From an uncultured Planctomycetota bacterium (lineage in GTDB: Bacteria; Planctomycetota; Planctomycetia; Isosphaerales; Isosphaeraceae), in NCBI GenBank assembly GCA_963737655.1, contig CAVTTN010000002.1, forward strand, positions 2,112,001 to 2,176,000: a stretch of DNA of 64,000 nt. The letters run 5' to 3'. The translations under genes were made by a program, and so were the position numbers. Under the pieces are notes generated by a model. That model saw only the letters and a list, made by a program, of their open reading frames with translations, was not told the origin of the DNA and made no database searches. Shown here piece after piece: positions 8,418 through 19,540 of this stretch (position 1 is its first letter; every line of letters starts with the position of its first letter).

Positions 8418-10493
8418 TCAGGGCTGCTGCTGTTCGATCCGCTCGGCGATCTTGGAGAGCGATTCGCGGAGGTCTTCCTGGGTCGATTCGAGGGCCTCGA
8501 TCTCCCGGCGGAGGGCCGGGGGCAGGTTCGAGGGGGCGGGCCGCGTCTTGTCCACGCCCGTCGTGTCGTCGTTCAGGCGGACCTGGAGGAGCCGGATCAT
8601 CTTCAATTCGGCGATCAGCCGATTCAATTCGCGTTCCTGCTCGCGGCCTTCCGACGGGGCCGGATCGCCGGGGCGGGGCGGGGTGGTCGGCGGCAGGCGG
8701 CGGATCGCCTGGAGGAGCCCGAGGATGTCCTCCTCGATCCGGAGCTCCATCGCGATGGTCTTCGCCGAGGCGTCGCCGTCCTTCAGCCAGCCTTCCACGT
8801 CCCTCATCTCCTTCGAGAGGAGGCGGAGGGCCGTGGGCAGGGCGATCCCGAACTCCGTCTCCTCGACGAGGGCGAGGAGCTGTTCGGTCCGGCCGGCGAG
8901 CTCGGCCTCTTTTTGCGAGAGGGCCGCCACGGCGATGGCCGCCGCTCGCGATTTCTGGGCCAGGCGCGGGGCCTGGGCCTCGGTCGTCTCGCGGATGGCC
9001 GCCTGCATCTCGTGCATCTCGGTGAGCTCGCCGATCAGGCGCTGCTGGAGCTCGGTCCGAAGCTGGACGAGGAGCTTCTCGGCCGCCTTGGCGAGGTCTT
9101 CCGAGGTCTTGGTGAGGATGTCCAGGGCGGCGCTCTGGTCCGAGGCGGCGGGGTCGGGCGAGGTCTGCGAGAGGCTCTTCTCGGCCGACTGCATGGCCCC
9201 CCCGGCGCGGATCAGGTCTTTCTGGAGGCTCACGCCGGAGTCGCCCAGGCGGGCGGAGGCGGCGCCGAGGCTCTCGGAGGCCCGCCGGGTCTTCTGCTGA
9301 CCGGCCTCGTGGCGGCGGAACTCGGCCTCGGCCACGTCGCGCTCGGCGCCGGCGATCCGGGCGTCGAGGCCCTTGAGCTCCTCTTCGAGGACCGCCGCCG
9401 CCTTCTCCTCGGAGGCGAGGGCCGGGGCGAGGTCGTCGCCGTCTCGGCCGAGGTCGTCCCGGGCGTCGTTCATCAGCGGCTCGGCCTTCCGCAACTGCGA
9501 CGCCTGGAACTCGGCGAACAGCGGGTTCGTGGCCATCGCGGCGGCGGCCTTGCCCAGGCCGGCCTGGCGGTCGCGGAGCGCCTCGCGGGCGGGCTTGCGG
9601 TCGTCGGACTTGCCCTTGTCGGCCAGGGCCTTCGTGTCGGCGATCAGGGCCTTCTGGTCGCGGAGGAGGTTCTCCAAATCGGGCCTCCGCGCGGCGAGCT
9701 TCTCGCGGGCCTTCCTCTGGTCGATGGCGAACCGCGACCAGCCGAGCTCTCGCCGTTCGTCCTTGACGATGCGGTCGAGCTGGCTCATCGTCTCGCGGAT
9801 TTGCCGGAGCCGGGCGAGCTTGAGCTGGAAGTCGAGGTCCTCGGCGATCAGGACGTCTCGGAGGTGCTCCAGCTTCGCCAGGAGTTCCTTGACCTCGGTC
9901 TCGGCCTTGGAGAGCTGGGCCTCCTTGAGCATCTTGTTCGTCTCGCGCATCTGCTCCAGGATGAGCTCCTCGCGGGAGAACTTCAGGGCCAGGCGGAGCC
10001 GGGAGGCATTCTCGGGCTCCAGGCCGCGGAGGGCCTCGGAGAGCCGGAACATCCGCTCTTCCAGCTCGGTCATCTGGCTGGCGGCGTTCTCCTGGGTGAA
10101 GCCGATCGTGTCGCGATCGACGGCGCCTCCCGGAGCGGGCTTGTTCGGGTCGGCGGGCCTGGACGGGGCGTCCTTCTTCGGGTCCGCGGCCTTGTCCTTG
10201 GCAGGCTCGGCCTTCGCGTCGGCCTTGGGCTTGGCGTCTTCCTTCGGCTTTTCCTTGTCCTTGGCTTCGTCCTTGGGCTTCTCCTTCTCTTTCTCCTTCG
10301 TCGCGGGCGTTTCGTCGTCGAAGACGCCGGCGGCCTTGTCGTCCTTCTTGTCCTCTTTCTTCTCGTCCTTCTTGGCGGCCTTTTCGTCCTGCGCGAGGGC
10401 GGACGGCCCCCGGAAGCAGGGCGTCATCGCCAGGATCGTCACGACGAGGCCGACCGCGAGCGGTCGGAATTCCGGCCTAGGGCTTCTTCTCAT
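8418..10493 (-). CDS. Exported long coiled-coil protein (DUF4175-like)
   Basis: GGAGG RBS; signal peptide (ALA-Q); KDE-rich N-region; heptad-rich helical body; ELKMIRLLQVRLN motif. Confidence 0.75.
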   Translation of the reverse strand: MRRSPRPEFRPLAVGLVVTILAMTPCFRGPSALAQDEKAAKKDEKKEDKKDDKAAGVFDDETPATKEKEKEKPKDEAKDKEKPKEDAKPKADAKAEPAKDKAADPKKDAPSRPADPNKPAPGGAVDRDTIGFTQENAASQMTELEERMFRLSEALRGLEPENASRLRLALKFSREELILEQMRETNKMLKEAQLSKAETEVKELLAKLEHLRDVLIAEDLDFQLKLARLRQIRETMSQLDRIVKDERRELGWSRFAIDQRKAREKLAARRPDLENLLRDQKALIADTKALADKGKSDDRKPAREALRDRQAGLGKAAAAMATNPLFAEFQASQLRKAEPLMNDARDDLGRDGDDLAPALASEEKAAAVLEEELKGLDARIAGAERDVAEAEFRRHEAGQQKTRRASESLGAASARLGDSGVSLQKDLIRAGGAMQSAEKSLSQTSPDPAASDQSAALDILTKTSEDLAKAAEKLLVQLRTELQQRLIGELTEMHEMQAAIRETTEAQAPRLAQKSRAAAIAVAALSQKEAELAGRTEQLLALVEETEFGIALPTALRLLSKEMRDVEGWLKDGDASAKTIAMELRIEEDILGLLQAIRRLPPTTPPRPGDPAPSEGREQERELNRLIAELKMIRLLQVRLNDDTTGVDKTRPAPSNLPPALRREIEALESTQEDLRESLSKIAERIEQQQP

Positions 10494-12711
10494 CGAAGAC
10501 CTCCTGAGTGCGCGACTCCCGGGCGTCCTGGGTCGCCTTGAGGACCTTTTGCTGGATCTTGATGACTTCGGCCACCTGATTGACGACGTCCACGAAGCTT
10601 TCCCACTGCGACATCTGGTCCAGGATCGCCTTCATCCTCGCCACGACCTCGCCGTCGAGCTTCTTGGCCTTCTCGATCTCGGCCTTGGCCTTCGAGCCGG
10701 CGCCGAGGGCCTGGAGGGTGGTCCGAAGCTCGCTCACGGGGCCGGAATTGAGGCTTCGAATCGGGTCGATCACGCCTTCCTGGAGCAGCCGGTGCGACTT
10801 CGGCGAGCCGACCTGGTTCAGCTTCATCTCCTGGAGAGTATCGGCGATCCGGGAGGCGATCTGGTCAAGCTGCCGGGTGCCGGTGTGCAAGCTCCGGGCG
10901 ACGGTCAGGTAATCCTCGGGCGAGGGGTTGCCGTTGAGCGTGGCCGCGCCCTTTTCGGCGGCGTCGAGGGCGGCCAGGAACTTCGCCCGCTCGGCCCTCT
11001 GGCGGATCAGGATCTCATAGAACAGCTCATCCGCTGAGACGACCTGCAAGTGGACGATCCCCGATCGGCCCGTTTGGGTCCCCCGGGCGCACTTGTCGTC
11101 GGCCTCGGCCTGGAACCGCAGGATGGCGCCGATCGGCGGTCGGTCGGACTGGAGATCGACCTGGTGCTGGGCCTGATGGTCGAGGACCGCGCGGCCGCCC
11201 TCGGTCGCCAGGGGCATCGGGATGGCTTTCTTCGAGGAATCCGGCTCGGACTTCCCGTCGGTGTGGACGGTGCGCTCGAACTGGAGCCGGACGGCGGCCA
11301 GCCCGAGGTCATCGGTGGCGGCGAGGGTCAAGGGGATCGTGGCCACGGGCGTGACGTGGGCCCCGACGCCCTGGGCCTTGAGCGTGACCCGGGGCTCGCG
11401 ATCCTTCATCAGCCCGAGCGAGAGGAAGCTGGGTTTCGAGTTCAGGCCGGTGCGTTCGGAGGTCAGGCTGATTTCCAGAGTCATGGCCTCGCGGAGGGTC
11501 CAGGAGGCGGTGTAGGTCTTCACGTCGTCCATGTGCAGGCTAGGCGGGGCGCCGGGATGGACGTCGATCCGGGGGGCCGGCGCGAGCGGCTCGGTCGCGA
11601 CAAGGGTGAGCTCGACCCGCGTATCGGGCAGGAAGACGAGCGGCCCGCCGATGTCTCCGACGTCCCGGAATGTGCCCTTGGCCGCGCCGGGCTCGCCGAC
11701 CCGCAGTTTCATCGCCTGAAGCGACGGCCGATCGACCCGTTCGACCTGGATCGGCCCGAGCCAGTCATCCCCGCCGACGATCTCGAACGTCGAAGACGAG
11801 GACGACGGTGGCAATTCATGGCGGAACCGGCCGGGGCCGACGGCCGTCATGACCGAGTCGCGGACCGCGCCCTCGGCGGTCCTCTCGCGGAGCCGGACCG
11901 TGGCCGGGACTTTCGGGACTTTCGGCTTCTCGCGGATCGAGAACGGCTCCCCTCGGCCGGTCAGGAGCCAGCCCGGGGTTTTCTCCTGGATCGTGGGCAG
12001 ATCGGCGCGGACCTCCAGGGCGAACGGCTCGTCTCGGGGGGCGAGCAACGTATTGTCATCCCCCAGGCCGGTCACGGTCAAATACGTTTTTTGAGGCCAT
12101 CGCTCGTTCGAGCCCAGGAACCACCGGGCGGCGCTCAGGCGGGCGGCCTCGGGGGCGATCAGGGCGAAAGCGATCGGGACGAGCGCGGCCCCCATCAAGG
12201 CCAGGGCCGACCCGGCGGTGCGGTCCCAGTTCCAGTGGCCGTCCCAATCGACGCTCGCCAGCGCCTCGCTGGCGCGACGGACGGCCAGCCTGACCAGGGC
12301 GGGCGAGGCGGTGGATCGAGCCTCGACCAGTTGCCCGGGAAGCTGGAGGACGTCGGCGACTTGCTGGCCGGTCCCGGGGCGGACGCGGTCCAGCGTCATG
12401 GCGAACGGGAGGTCGTCAAGCCGGGCGGCGCGGACCCTCGGGATCGAGCGGATCGCCACGGTCCCGACGATCCCGATCGCGCCCACGGCCAGGAGGATCT
12501 CCCTGGCCGTCAAGCCGAGGCGGAACCAGGCATCGAGCGCCACGAGGACGGCGCCGACGGCGACGGTCAGGGCGCCGAGGTCCAGCGCGAACTCCAGGGC
12601 CATCTGCCTGCGGAGCGACCCTCGCAGTTGGGCCAGGCGGGCCCGGAGGAGGTGCTGTTCCTCCTGGAGCGATCCGATGGCGGCGAGTTCGGGGGCGGTG
12701 GCGGTGCTCAC
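10477..12711 (-). CDS. Membrane protein with N-terminal TM helices, Ig-like domains and C-terminal coiled coil
   Basis: About 3 TM segments, then WPQKTYL, GGDD, DREPRV, ATDDLGL, EADD motifs typical of the large partners in MoxR/vWA operons. Confidence 0.75.
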   Translation of the reverse strand: MSTATAPELAAIGSLQEEQHLLRARLAQLRGSLRRQMALEFALDLGALTVAVGAVLVALDAWFRLGLTAREILLAVGAIGIVGTVAIRSIPRVRAARLDDLPFAMTLDRVRPGTGQQVADVLQLPGQLVEARSTASPALVRLAVRRASEALASVDWDGHWNWDRTAGSALALMGAALVPIAFALIAPEAARLSAARWFLGSNERWPQKTYLTVTGLGDDNTLLAPRDEPFALEVRADLPTIQEKTPGWLLTGRGEPFSIREKPKVPKVPATVRLRERTAEGAVRDSVMTAVGPGRFRHELPPSSSSSTFEIVGGDDWLGPIQVERVDRPSLQAMKLRVGEPGAAKGTFRDVGDIGGPLVFLPDTRVELTLVATEPLAPAPRIDVHPGAPPSLHMDDVKTYTASWTLREAMTLEISLTSERTGLNSKPSFLSLGLMKDREPRVTLKAQGVGAHVTPVATIPLTLAATDDLGLAAVRLQFERTVHTDGKSEPDSSKKAIPMPLATEGGRAVLDHQAQHQVDLQSDRPPIGAILRFQAEADDKCARGTQTGRSGIVHLQVVSADELFYEILIRQRAERAKFLAALDAAEKGAATLNGNPSPEDYLTVARSLHTGTRQLDQIASRIADTLQEMKLNQVGSPKSHRLLQEGVIDPIRSLNSGPVSELRTTLQALGAGSKAKAEIEKAKKLDGEVVARMKAILDQMSQWESFVDVVNQVAEVIKIQQKVLKATQDARESRTQEVFDEKKP

Positions 12712-12780
12712 GGGCGGTCTCTCGGGTTCGTTCGATCCGGCCTGGGCGTTTTCGCTTCGAACGGTGTCGGCTCACCTTGG

Positions 12781-12856
12781 GAGTAGGTCCGACTTCAGTC
12801 GGGCCTGCGACTCATGAGAAAATGACTCGTAGGCCCGACTGAAGTCACACCCACTC
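12781..12856. repeat. REP-like inverted doublet (GTAG family)
   Basis: gagtaggtccgacttcagtcgggcctgcga (12781-12810) and its near reverse complement (12827-12856); each arm is itself a hairpin. Confidence 0.75.
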
Positions 12857-12901
12857 AATTTGCTCTCGTCTCAGGGGGAACCATGAGGTACACCTGGGTT
12901 T

Positions 12902-15358
12902 TTAGACCATCCGGAAGATCTTGCGGGCGATCCACTCGGCCGTGAGGCCCAGGACGATCATCGCCGAGAGCAGGGGGGCGTCCCAGAGCTCGTCGCGGTT
13001 CTCGATCGTCCGGGTGACCTCGCGCATCGGGATCGCCTCGTCGAGCTTGGCGAGGTCGGGGACGTCCAGGACTCGCCCGCCGGTGGTCCGGGCGAGGTCG
13101 TACAGGAGCGTCCGGTTCAGGGACGGCTCATCGACCTCCTTCCTCGGCGGATCGACCCGGAACGTGGTGGTCGAGACCTTGGTGGCGGCCCCGGCGTCGG
13201 CCCCGGTGGCGGGGGTGATCCTCAGCGTGTAGGCGCCGGCCTTCTCGGCCGGGAACGCGGCGGTGAGGACCGCCGGATCGTCGGGCGCCCGTTCGAACAC
13301 CAGGGGCTCGGGCGGCTGGCCCTGGACTTCCAGCTCCGCCGCCAGGCCCGACGCTTCGGCCACGGCGGCGGCCTCGGTGAACCTCACGCCGATCTGGACG
13401 CGGTCCCCCACGCGATAGGCGGTCTTCCCCAGGTTCACCTGGAACGGGAACCGCCCGCCCAGGGCCTTGTTCCGGCCCACGCGGTCGATCAGGCGGGCCC
13501 AGAAGCCATCGAAATAGTCCTCGGCGAGATACCGCCAGCGATACGTGCTGTCGAACCCGATGAAGACCGTCCGGCCCGGCCCGTAAAGCTGAGACGCCAT
13601 CAGGACGTGCCGGCCGTACTGGTTCTGCATCCTCGGGTCGCCGTGGCGGGCGAGGACCGTGGCGCCGGGCCGGGCCCTCGTGACGGGGAAGCTCCAGTAC
13701 ATCCCGGGGAGGCTGGCGAGGATGGCGCGGTTGCGGATCGGGTCGGGGTGGAACTCGAAGATCGGGTCGCCTCGGCCCTCGGGGGTCAGGTCCAGGGCGT
13801 AGGTCGATTGCGTGGTCAGGCGGACCTCGGCCTCGGTGCGGAACAGCCCCGGCTCGCGGACCACGGGAAGGATCTTGGTCCACCGCCCGGCGGACGCATC
13901 GGGCGATTCCCCCTCGAAGATCTGCTGCGAATACAGCTCGCCCGGGATGAAGATCAGGCCCCCGCCCTCCTTGCCCACGAAGTCGGCGATCATCTCCGCC
14001 CACTGGGGGCCGAGGGCCTGCATGTCGGGGTCGATCAGGACCAGGGCATCGTACTTGCCCAGCTCGTTGGCGTCGTTCGGCAGCCGGGAGATCGGCTTGT
14101 CGCCGGCCTGGCGATAGCCGGGGTCGGCGTGCTGGAGCCAGGCGGCGAACTCGACGTGCTGGTCGCGCTGCAAGGCGTTGCGGAGGAACTGGACCTCCGG
14201 CGAAGGCGAGCCGGCAATCATGAGGACGCGGATCTGCTGGCGGACGACCTTCACGGCGGCCGTCGCCGAGTTGTCGTCCTTCGTGAGCTCGGGGCCGGCG
14301 TCCTCGATCCGGGCCCGGTACTCGTACTGGCCGATGACCTTGGGGACGATGCGGAACGGCGTCCGCTTCAACAGGCCGTCCTCGCCCAGGGGGATGCGCT
14401 GGGTGGCGATCTGCTGCCATTCGCCGCCGTTGACCCGTTCGTCGAGCAGGAGGTCGGCCTCGGCGTCCTTCAGGCCGCGGGCCTCGACCACGACGGACAG
14501 GGTCATCGGGTCCTTGGCGAAGACGACGGGGCTGGCCTCGACCTCGGCCACCCGGACATTCCTCGGCCCCTCCTCGGCGCCGGAGGCGATGGCGAAGATC
14601 GGGATGTTGAGCCGGGCTGCGGCCTCGGCGACGCGCAACGGGTCTTCCCCGGCGTTGGCCCGGCCGTCGGAGACCAGGACGATCCCGGCGACGGGCCGGC
14701 CTCGGTGAGCGGCCAGGGCGCCTCGCAGGGAATCGCCGAGGGCCGAGACGGTCCTCTTCGGCTGGATGTCGCCGAGCTTGCGCGTCTTCGCCGGCCCGGC
14801 GGTGCCGGTCCTCGCGGACGATTCGAGGTCGTAGACGAACACGTCGCGGCCCCGACCGAGCGCCTCCATCTGCGGGCCCAGGGCCTCCTTGACGAGGTCC
14901 ATCCGGGGCGATTCCCGGAGCCGGTCCACCGGCGACTTCCCGCCCTGGCTCTTGAGCTTCAGGAGGCTGGCGAACTCGGCGGCGCGGGTCTCGTCGGTGA
15001 ACGGGTCGGCGAACCGCATGCTCTCGGAGTCGTCGATGATGATCGGCAGGTGCGAATGGAGCGTCTCCTTGTGAGAGGAGACCAGCACCGGCTCGACCAG
15101 CATGATCGCCACGGCCAGGAGGACGACCGATCGGAAGGCGACGAGCAACGCCCGCCTCGGCCGGGAAAGGTCGGCCTTCTCGCGGCGGGGGAGATACCAG
15201 AGCAGGACCAGCGCGGCCACCGCGAGCGCGGCGAAGGCCAGGGCGGTGCCTCCTCCCGGGACGGCGGTGAACTCCAGGTGCGTGGTCCCGCCCGACCCGG
15301 AGCCGGGCGGCCGATCTTCGATCCCGAGCAAAGCGTGCCAGATCCGGTTCATGAGCAT
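12902..15358 (-). CDS. Membrane vWA-domain protein with class I glutamine-amidotransferase-like domain
   Basis: N-terminal TMs; MIDAS DDSESM plus VLVSDG; GGGLIFIPG; YGPGRT...TYRWR; C-terminal ELWD...LTAEWIARK. Confidence 0.85.
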   Translation of the reverse strand: MLMNRIWHALLGIEDRPPGSGSGGTTHLEFTAVPGGGTALAFAALAVAALVLLWYLPRREKADLSRPRRALLVAFRSVVLLAVAIMLVEPVLVSSHKETLHSHLPIIIDDSESMRFADPFTDETRAAEFASLLKLKSQGGKSPVDRLRESPRMDLVKEALGPQMEALGRGRDVFVYDLESSARTGTAGPAKTRKLGDIQPKRTVSALGDSLRGALAAHRGRPVAGIVLVSDGRANAGEDPLRVAEAAARLNIPIFAIASGAEEGPRNVRVAEVEASPVVFAKDPMTLSVVVEARGLKDAEADLLLDERVNGGEWQQIATQRIPLGEDGLLKRTPFRIVPKVIGQYEYRARIEDAGPELTKDDNSATAAVKVVRQQIRVLMIAGSPSPEVQFLRNALQRDQHVEFAAWLQHADPGYRQAGDKPISRLPNDANELGKYDALVLIDPDMQALGPQWAEMIADFVGKEGGGLIFIPGELYSQQIFEGESPDASAGRWTKILPVVREPGLFRTEAEVRLTTQSTYALDLTPEGRGDPIFEFHPDPIRNRAILASLPGMYWSFPVTRARPGATVLARHGDPRMQNQYGRHVLMASQLYGPGRTVFIGFDSTYRWRYLAEDYFDGFWARLIDRVGRNKALGGRFPFQVNLGKTAYRVGDRVQIGVRFTEAAAVAEASGLAAELEVQGQPPEPLVFERAPDDPAVLTAAFPAEKAGAYTLRITPATGADAGAATKVSTTTFRVDPPRKEVDEPSLNRTLLYDLARTTGGRVLDVPDLAKLDEAIPMREVTRTIENRDELWDAPLLSAMIVLGLTAEWIARKIFRMV

Positions 15359-15386
15359 CCGCCAGGGGAACGGGACGAAACGGGGG

Positions 15387-17552
15387 TCATCGCGAGCGGC
15401 CGACCCACGACGCCAGGATCGGTTCGAACAGGATGAGGATCAGGAGGACCCACGCCAGCTCGTGCCAGAACTCGCGGCCGGTCGGGGCGAAGGCGTCGGT
15501 GCCGTCGCCTCGGGCGGCAGCCACCTCGACCTTGAGCGGGGCGAGCAGCCCCTTGAGCTCGGCCGAGGGGATGCGGGCCAGGTTGCTCTCGCGAGAGTCG
15601 GGATCGGAGGCAAAAAGATCTTGCTGGGTGCCCAGGGGCCCTTCGTCCCACGAGAGGTGGTACAGGCCGGCCTTGCGGGTGTCGGCCACGTCGATGGCCC
15701 AGGCGGGCAGGGGGTCGCCCGCCGCCTTCTCCTCGATCGAGGCCGCCGCCAGGGACTTGGGCTCGCCGCCGCCGGGCAGGGTCAGCTTGACGTTGCTCGG
15801 CTGGTGGCTGGAATGGATGATTCGTCTCGGGCGATCGCCGGCCGTGACGGTCTGCGCGAACGAGGTCGGCCGAGACGTGCCCCGGACGGCCTCGCGGATC
15901 GCCAGGACGAAGCTCGGCTCGACCGGCCAGTCATTGCCGGCGCGGTCGGCCGTGGTGGTCCAGAGCAAGACGCGGCCCTCGCCGACGACCCGCTCGACCA
16001 CGGCCGGAGACCGCGCCGGGTCGTTCCAGCGGGCCAGGACGCGGACCGCGTCGGAGTTCGCCGGAGGCTCCTCGACGGTCATGATCTGCCGGACCGGCAC
16101 GCGCTCCAGCGCGGTCGTCTTGAGTTCGAGCAGTTTCTCGATCGGCGACGGCCGGACGGGCTCGACGATCAGGCCGTGGAACGTCTCCTCGGCCTGGCTC
16201 TTCAGGGCGACGGGCAGGAGCGGCTCGCCCGTCCTCAGGAGGCGTTCGTTGTAGAGGCCCGGGTCGAGCCGTCCTCCGGTGAAGATCATGAGGCCGGTCC
16301 CTCCTCGGACGAGCTCGGCGAGCTTCCGGCTCTGCTCGAACGTCGGCGAGGCGACGTTGGCCAAAATCAGGACGTCGGCCGGCTCCAGGCGGGGGTTGAG
16401 GAAGTCCTCTTCCTGGACGACCTCGACCCGCCACGCCTCGGCGTCCCCCACGCCGATCGACAGCGGGGCCGCGAGGTAATCGACCTCCGAGCCGAACGGC
16501 TCGGACGACGGCTCGCCGTCGACCAGGCGGATCAGCAGGGAATCCTTGACCGGGACGGCCACCCACAGCTGGTTGTCGCCGGCGAGCTCGTCGTCGGGCA
16601 ATTGGAGAGACAGGTCATGCATCCCGGACGAGGGGAACCGCACGCTCAGCGGCACTCGGGCGACCTGTCGAGGCGCGATCTCGGGCAGGGGGATTTCGGT
16701 CGGACGGTCGTCGATGCGGAGGATCGCCTTCGCGCGGTTGAGGACGCGAGGCGAGTCGTTGCGGATCGTCGCCTCCCACTTCGTCTCGGCACCGGCGAGG
16801 ATCGTCCGATCGAGCGGCACGAGCGATTCGAGCGCAATATTGGCCGATTCGTCCGCGCCCACGTCGACGATCCGCACCCGGACCCCGCGCTCTTCGAGCC
16901 TCCGGGCGACGGCCGAGACGCTGGGGTCCCAGCCGCTCTTGCGGAGGTCGGTCACGATGGTCAGGCTCTTGGTGGGATAGGTGCAGGTCTGCAGAACCTC
17001 ATCGATCCCGGCCAGGACGGTCGGCCACGACGCATGGGTGTCGGTCATCGGCACGGCCAGGGCGTCGCTGGCGAGCTCCTCGCGGCGGGTGCCCTCGACC
17101 TCGTGGAAGATCGGCGTCCGGGGCGCGGAGGTGGCCACGAGCGTGCAGCGGTCCTGCGGCTTCGCCGCCGAGAGGACCGCGCCGGCGACCTCGCGGGCCC
17201 GGTGGAAGGCGGGGGGGCCTCCGGCGGTGTAGCCCATGCTCAGCGAATCATCGATCAGGACGACCTGGCTCGACCTCCCGCCGCCGACGAGCCACTTCTC
17301 CAGCCCCGTGGGGTTCAAGATCGGCCGGGCGAGGAAGAAGAAGAGGAGGACGGGCAGGGCGATCCGGAGCAAGAGCAGCAAGAACTGCTCGATCTGGATG
17401 CGTCGGCGATTCTTGCGGATCGTGAGCTTCAGCAGGCGCATCGGCGCCCATTCCACCCGGCGGAACCTCCGGCGGTTCAGCAGGTGGATCACGATGGGGA
17501 TCGACCCGAGCAAGGTGCCCCAGAGCAGGAGCGGGCTGAGGAGGCTGATCAT
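15387..17552 (-). CDS. BatA-domain (aerotolerance N-terminal) vWA protein
   Basis: PIVIHLLNRRRFRRVEWAPMRLL...LLLLLR...ARP BatA motif; MIDAS DDSLSM; TDL; C-terminal TM helix. Confidence 0.9.
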   Translation of the reverse strand: MISLLSPLLLWGTLLGSIPIVIHLLNRRRFRRVEWAPMRLLKLTIRKNRRRIQIEQFLLLLLRIALPVLLFFFLARPILNPTGLEKWLVGGGRSSQVVLIDDSLSMGYTAGGPPAFHRAREVAGAVLSAAKPQDRCTLVATSAPRTPIFHEVEGTRREELASDALAVPMTDTHASWPTVLAGIDEVLQTCTYPTKSLTIVTDLRKSGWDPSVSAVARRLEERGVRVRIVDVGADESANIALESLVPLDRTILAGAETKWEATIRNDSPRVLNRAKAILRIDDRPTEIPLPEIAPRQVARVPLSVRFPSSGMHDLSLQLPDDELAGDNQLWVAVPVKDSLLIRLVDGEPSSEPFGSEVDYLAAPLSIGVGDAEAWRVEVVQEEDFLNPRLEPADVLILANVASPTFEQSRKLAELVRGGTGLMIFTGGRLDPGLYNERLLRTGEPLLPVALKSQAEETFHGLIVEPVRPSPIEKLLELKTTALERVPVRQIMTVEEPPANSDAVRVLARWNDPARSPAVVERVVGEGRVLLWTTTADRAGNDWPVEPSFVLAIREAVRGTSRPTSFAQTVTAGDRPRRIIHSSHQPSNVKLTLPGGGEPKSLAAASIEEKAAGDPLPAWAIDVADTRKAGLYHLSWDEGPLGTQQDLFASDPDSRESNLARIPSAELKGLLAPLKVEVAAARGDGTDAFAPTGREFWHELAWVLLILILFEPILASWVGRSR

Positions 17553-17555
17553 GGT

Positions 17556-18476
17556 TCAGGCCCGCCCCCCGGCGTGGTGGGCCGAGTCCTCGCGGGCCCG
17601 GAGGAACCGGGCGAGCGAGGCCCCGAGGGGCTCGTCGGTGAACAGGCGGACGTGGTCGTAGCCTCGGCCTCCGCATTCCTTCTGGATGCCGTCGAGGTAG
17701 TCGCGGATCGCGTCCTGATAGGCCCGGCGGAACCCCCCGGGCTCGGCGAACAGCTCCTCGTCCCCCTCGATGTCCTTGAAGACCGTCGGGCCGTCGAACG
17801 GCAGGTCGAGCTCGTCGCGGTCGAGCACCTGCAAGACCAGCACCTCGTGGCCGAGGAACCGGAGGCGGTTCAGGCCGTCGTACACCGGCTCCATGTCGGT
17901 GAACAGGTCCGAGACGATCACGAGGAACCCCCGGCGGCGGATGCGGTCCGTGAGAGTGCTCAGGAGGCCGCCGAGCTCGGTCTTGCGGGCCGGCGTGCAG
18001 TTCTCCAGGAGGCCGGTCATGACCGTGACCTGCGCCTGCTTCGCGCTGGGAGGCAGGACCGTCCCGGCCTCCTCGTCGAACAGGACCAGGCCGACGGGGT
18101 CCTGCTGCCGGGCCAGGAGCATGGCGAGCGTGACGACCAGCGTGGACGCGTAATCGAACTTGGTGAGCACGGCCCGCGAGCCCTTGTAGTTCATCGACGC
18201 GCTGGCGTCGAGGACGAAACTCACGCGGACGTTGCTTTCTTCTTCATATTGCTTGATGTAGTGGCGATCGGTCCGGGCGAAGACGCGCCAGTCCAGCCGG
18301 CGGAGGTCGTCGCCCGGTGCGTATTCGCGGAAGGCGGCGAACTCGACGTTGAAGCCGTGGAACGGGCTCCTGTGCTGCCCGCTGATCCCGCCCTCGGCCA
18401 GCCGCCGGGACCTCAGCGTGAGGTCGGCGATCCGGGCGATGGCGTCAGGATCGGAATACGCCCGCGAGGTCGGCAT
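17556..18476 (-). CDS. DUF58 domain protein (vWA-like)
   Basis: [59 protein letters not shown]. Confidence 0.95.
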   Translation of the reverse strand: MPTSRAYSDPDAIARIADLTLRSRRLAEGGISGQHRSPFHGFNVEFAAFREYAPGDDLRRLDWRVFARTDRHYIKQYEEESNVRVSFVLDASASMNYKGSRAVLTKFDYASTLVVTLAMLLARQQDPVGLVLFDEEAGTVLPPSAKQAQVTVMTGLLENCTPARKTELGGLLSTLTDRIRRRGFLVIVSDLFTDMEPVYDGLNRLRFLGHEVLVLQVLDRDELDLPFDGPTVFKDIEGDEELFAEPGGFRRAYQDAIRDYLDGIQKECGGRGYDHVRLFTDEPLGASLARFLRAREDSAHHAGGRA

Positions 18477-19500
18477 CGGCGGCCCCCTTCCTGACCGGGA
18501 TGTCGTCCAGGAGCCGGCCGATGATCGAGTCGCTCGACTCGCCGGCGGCCTGGGCGTTGTAGTTCAGGACCACGCGATGGCGGAGGACCGGCCGGGCGAC
18601 CTTCTGGATGTCGTCCACCGAGACGCTCGGCCGACCGGCCAGCGCGGCCTTGGCCTTGGCGGCGAGGATCAACGATTGGCCGGCGCGGGGGCCGGCGCCC
18701 CAGGAGACCCAGTCGCGGATGTACTTCGGCGTGTCGTCGTCCTCGCCCCGGGTCGAGCGGACGAGGTCCATCGCGTAGTCGATGCAGTAGTCCGACACCG
18801 GCACCCGGCGGATCATCTTCTGGAGGGCCGCGATCCGCTCGCCGGTGATCAACGGGGTGATCTCCTGCTGGTCGGCGCCGGTGGTCAGCCGATAGATCTT
18901 CCGCTCTTCATCCTTGGTCGGGTAGCGGATGAAGATCTTGAAGAGGAAGCGGTCGAGCTGGGCCTCGGGCAGGGGATACGTCCCTTCCTGCTCGATCGGG
19001 TTCTGGGTGGCGAGGACGAAGAACGGGTCCGGGAGCTTGTGGCGGTGGCCGCCGGCGGTCACCTGCCTCTCCTGCATGGCTTCGAGGAGGGCGGCCTGGG
19101 TCTTCGGCGGGGTCCGGTTGATCTCGTCGGCCAGGACGAGGTTGGCGAACAACGGGCCGGGGACGAACCGGAGCTCGCGGGCCCCGGAGGCGCGGTCCTC
19201 GTACAGGACCTCCGTGCCGGTGATGTCCGAGGGCATCAGGTCGGGCGTGAACTGGATGCGGTTGAAGTCCAGGGAGAGCGACTGCGCCAGGGAGTGGACC
19301 ATCAGCGTCTTGGCCAGCCCGGGCACCCCTTCGAGGATGCAGTGCCCTCGGGCGAAGACGGCGATCAGGAGCTGATCGACGACCTCATCCTGGCCGATGA
19401 TCTGCCGGGCGATCTGCTCGCGGATCTGGGCGTGGACCGAGCGGAGCTCGTCCAGCTCGGCCACGTCGGGCTCGGCGGCCTTCGTCATCGTGAGGCTCAA
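18445..19500 (-). CDS. moxR: MoxR-family AAA+ ATPase
   Basis: [11 protein letters not shown]alker [60 protein letters not shown]. Confidence 0.97.
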   Translation of the reverse strand: MSLTMTKAAEPDVAELDELRSVHAQIREQIARQIIGQDEVVDQLLIAVFARGHCILEGVPGLAKTLMVHSLAQSLSLDFNRIQFTPDLMPSDITGTEVLYEDRASGARELRFVPGPLFANLVLADEINRTPPKTQAALLEAMQERQVTAGGHRHKLPDPFFVLATQNPIEQEGTYPLPEAQLDRFLFKIFIRYPTKDEERKIYRLTTGADQQEITPLITGERIAALQKMIRRVPVSDYCIDYAMDLVRSTRGEDDDTPKYIRDWVSWGAGPRAGQSLILAAKAKAALAGRPSVSVDDIQKVARPVLRHRVVLNYNAQAAGESSDSIIGRLLDDIPVRKGAADADLAGVFRS

Positions 19501-19540
19501 CGTCGCGTCCTCGTCTCGGGCCTGGAGATGCGGAAAAGAA

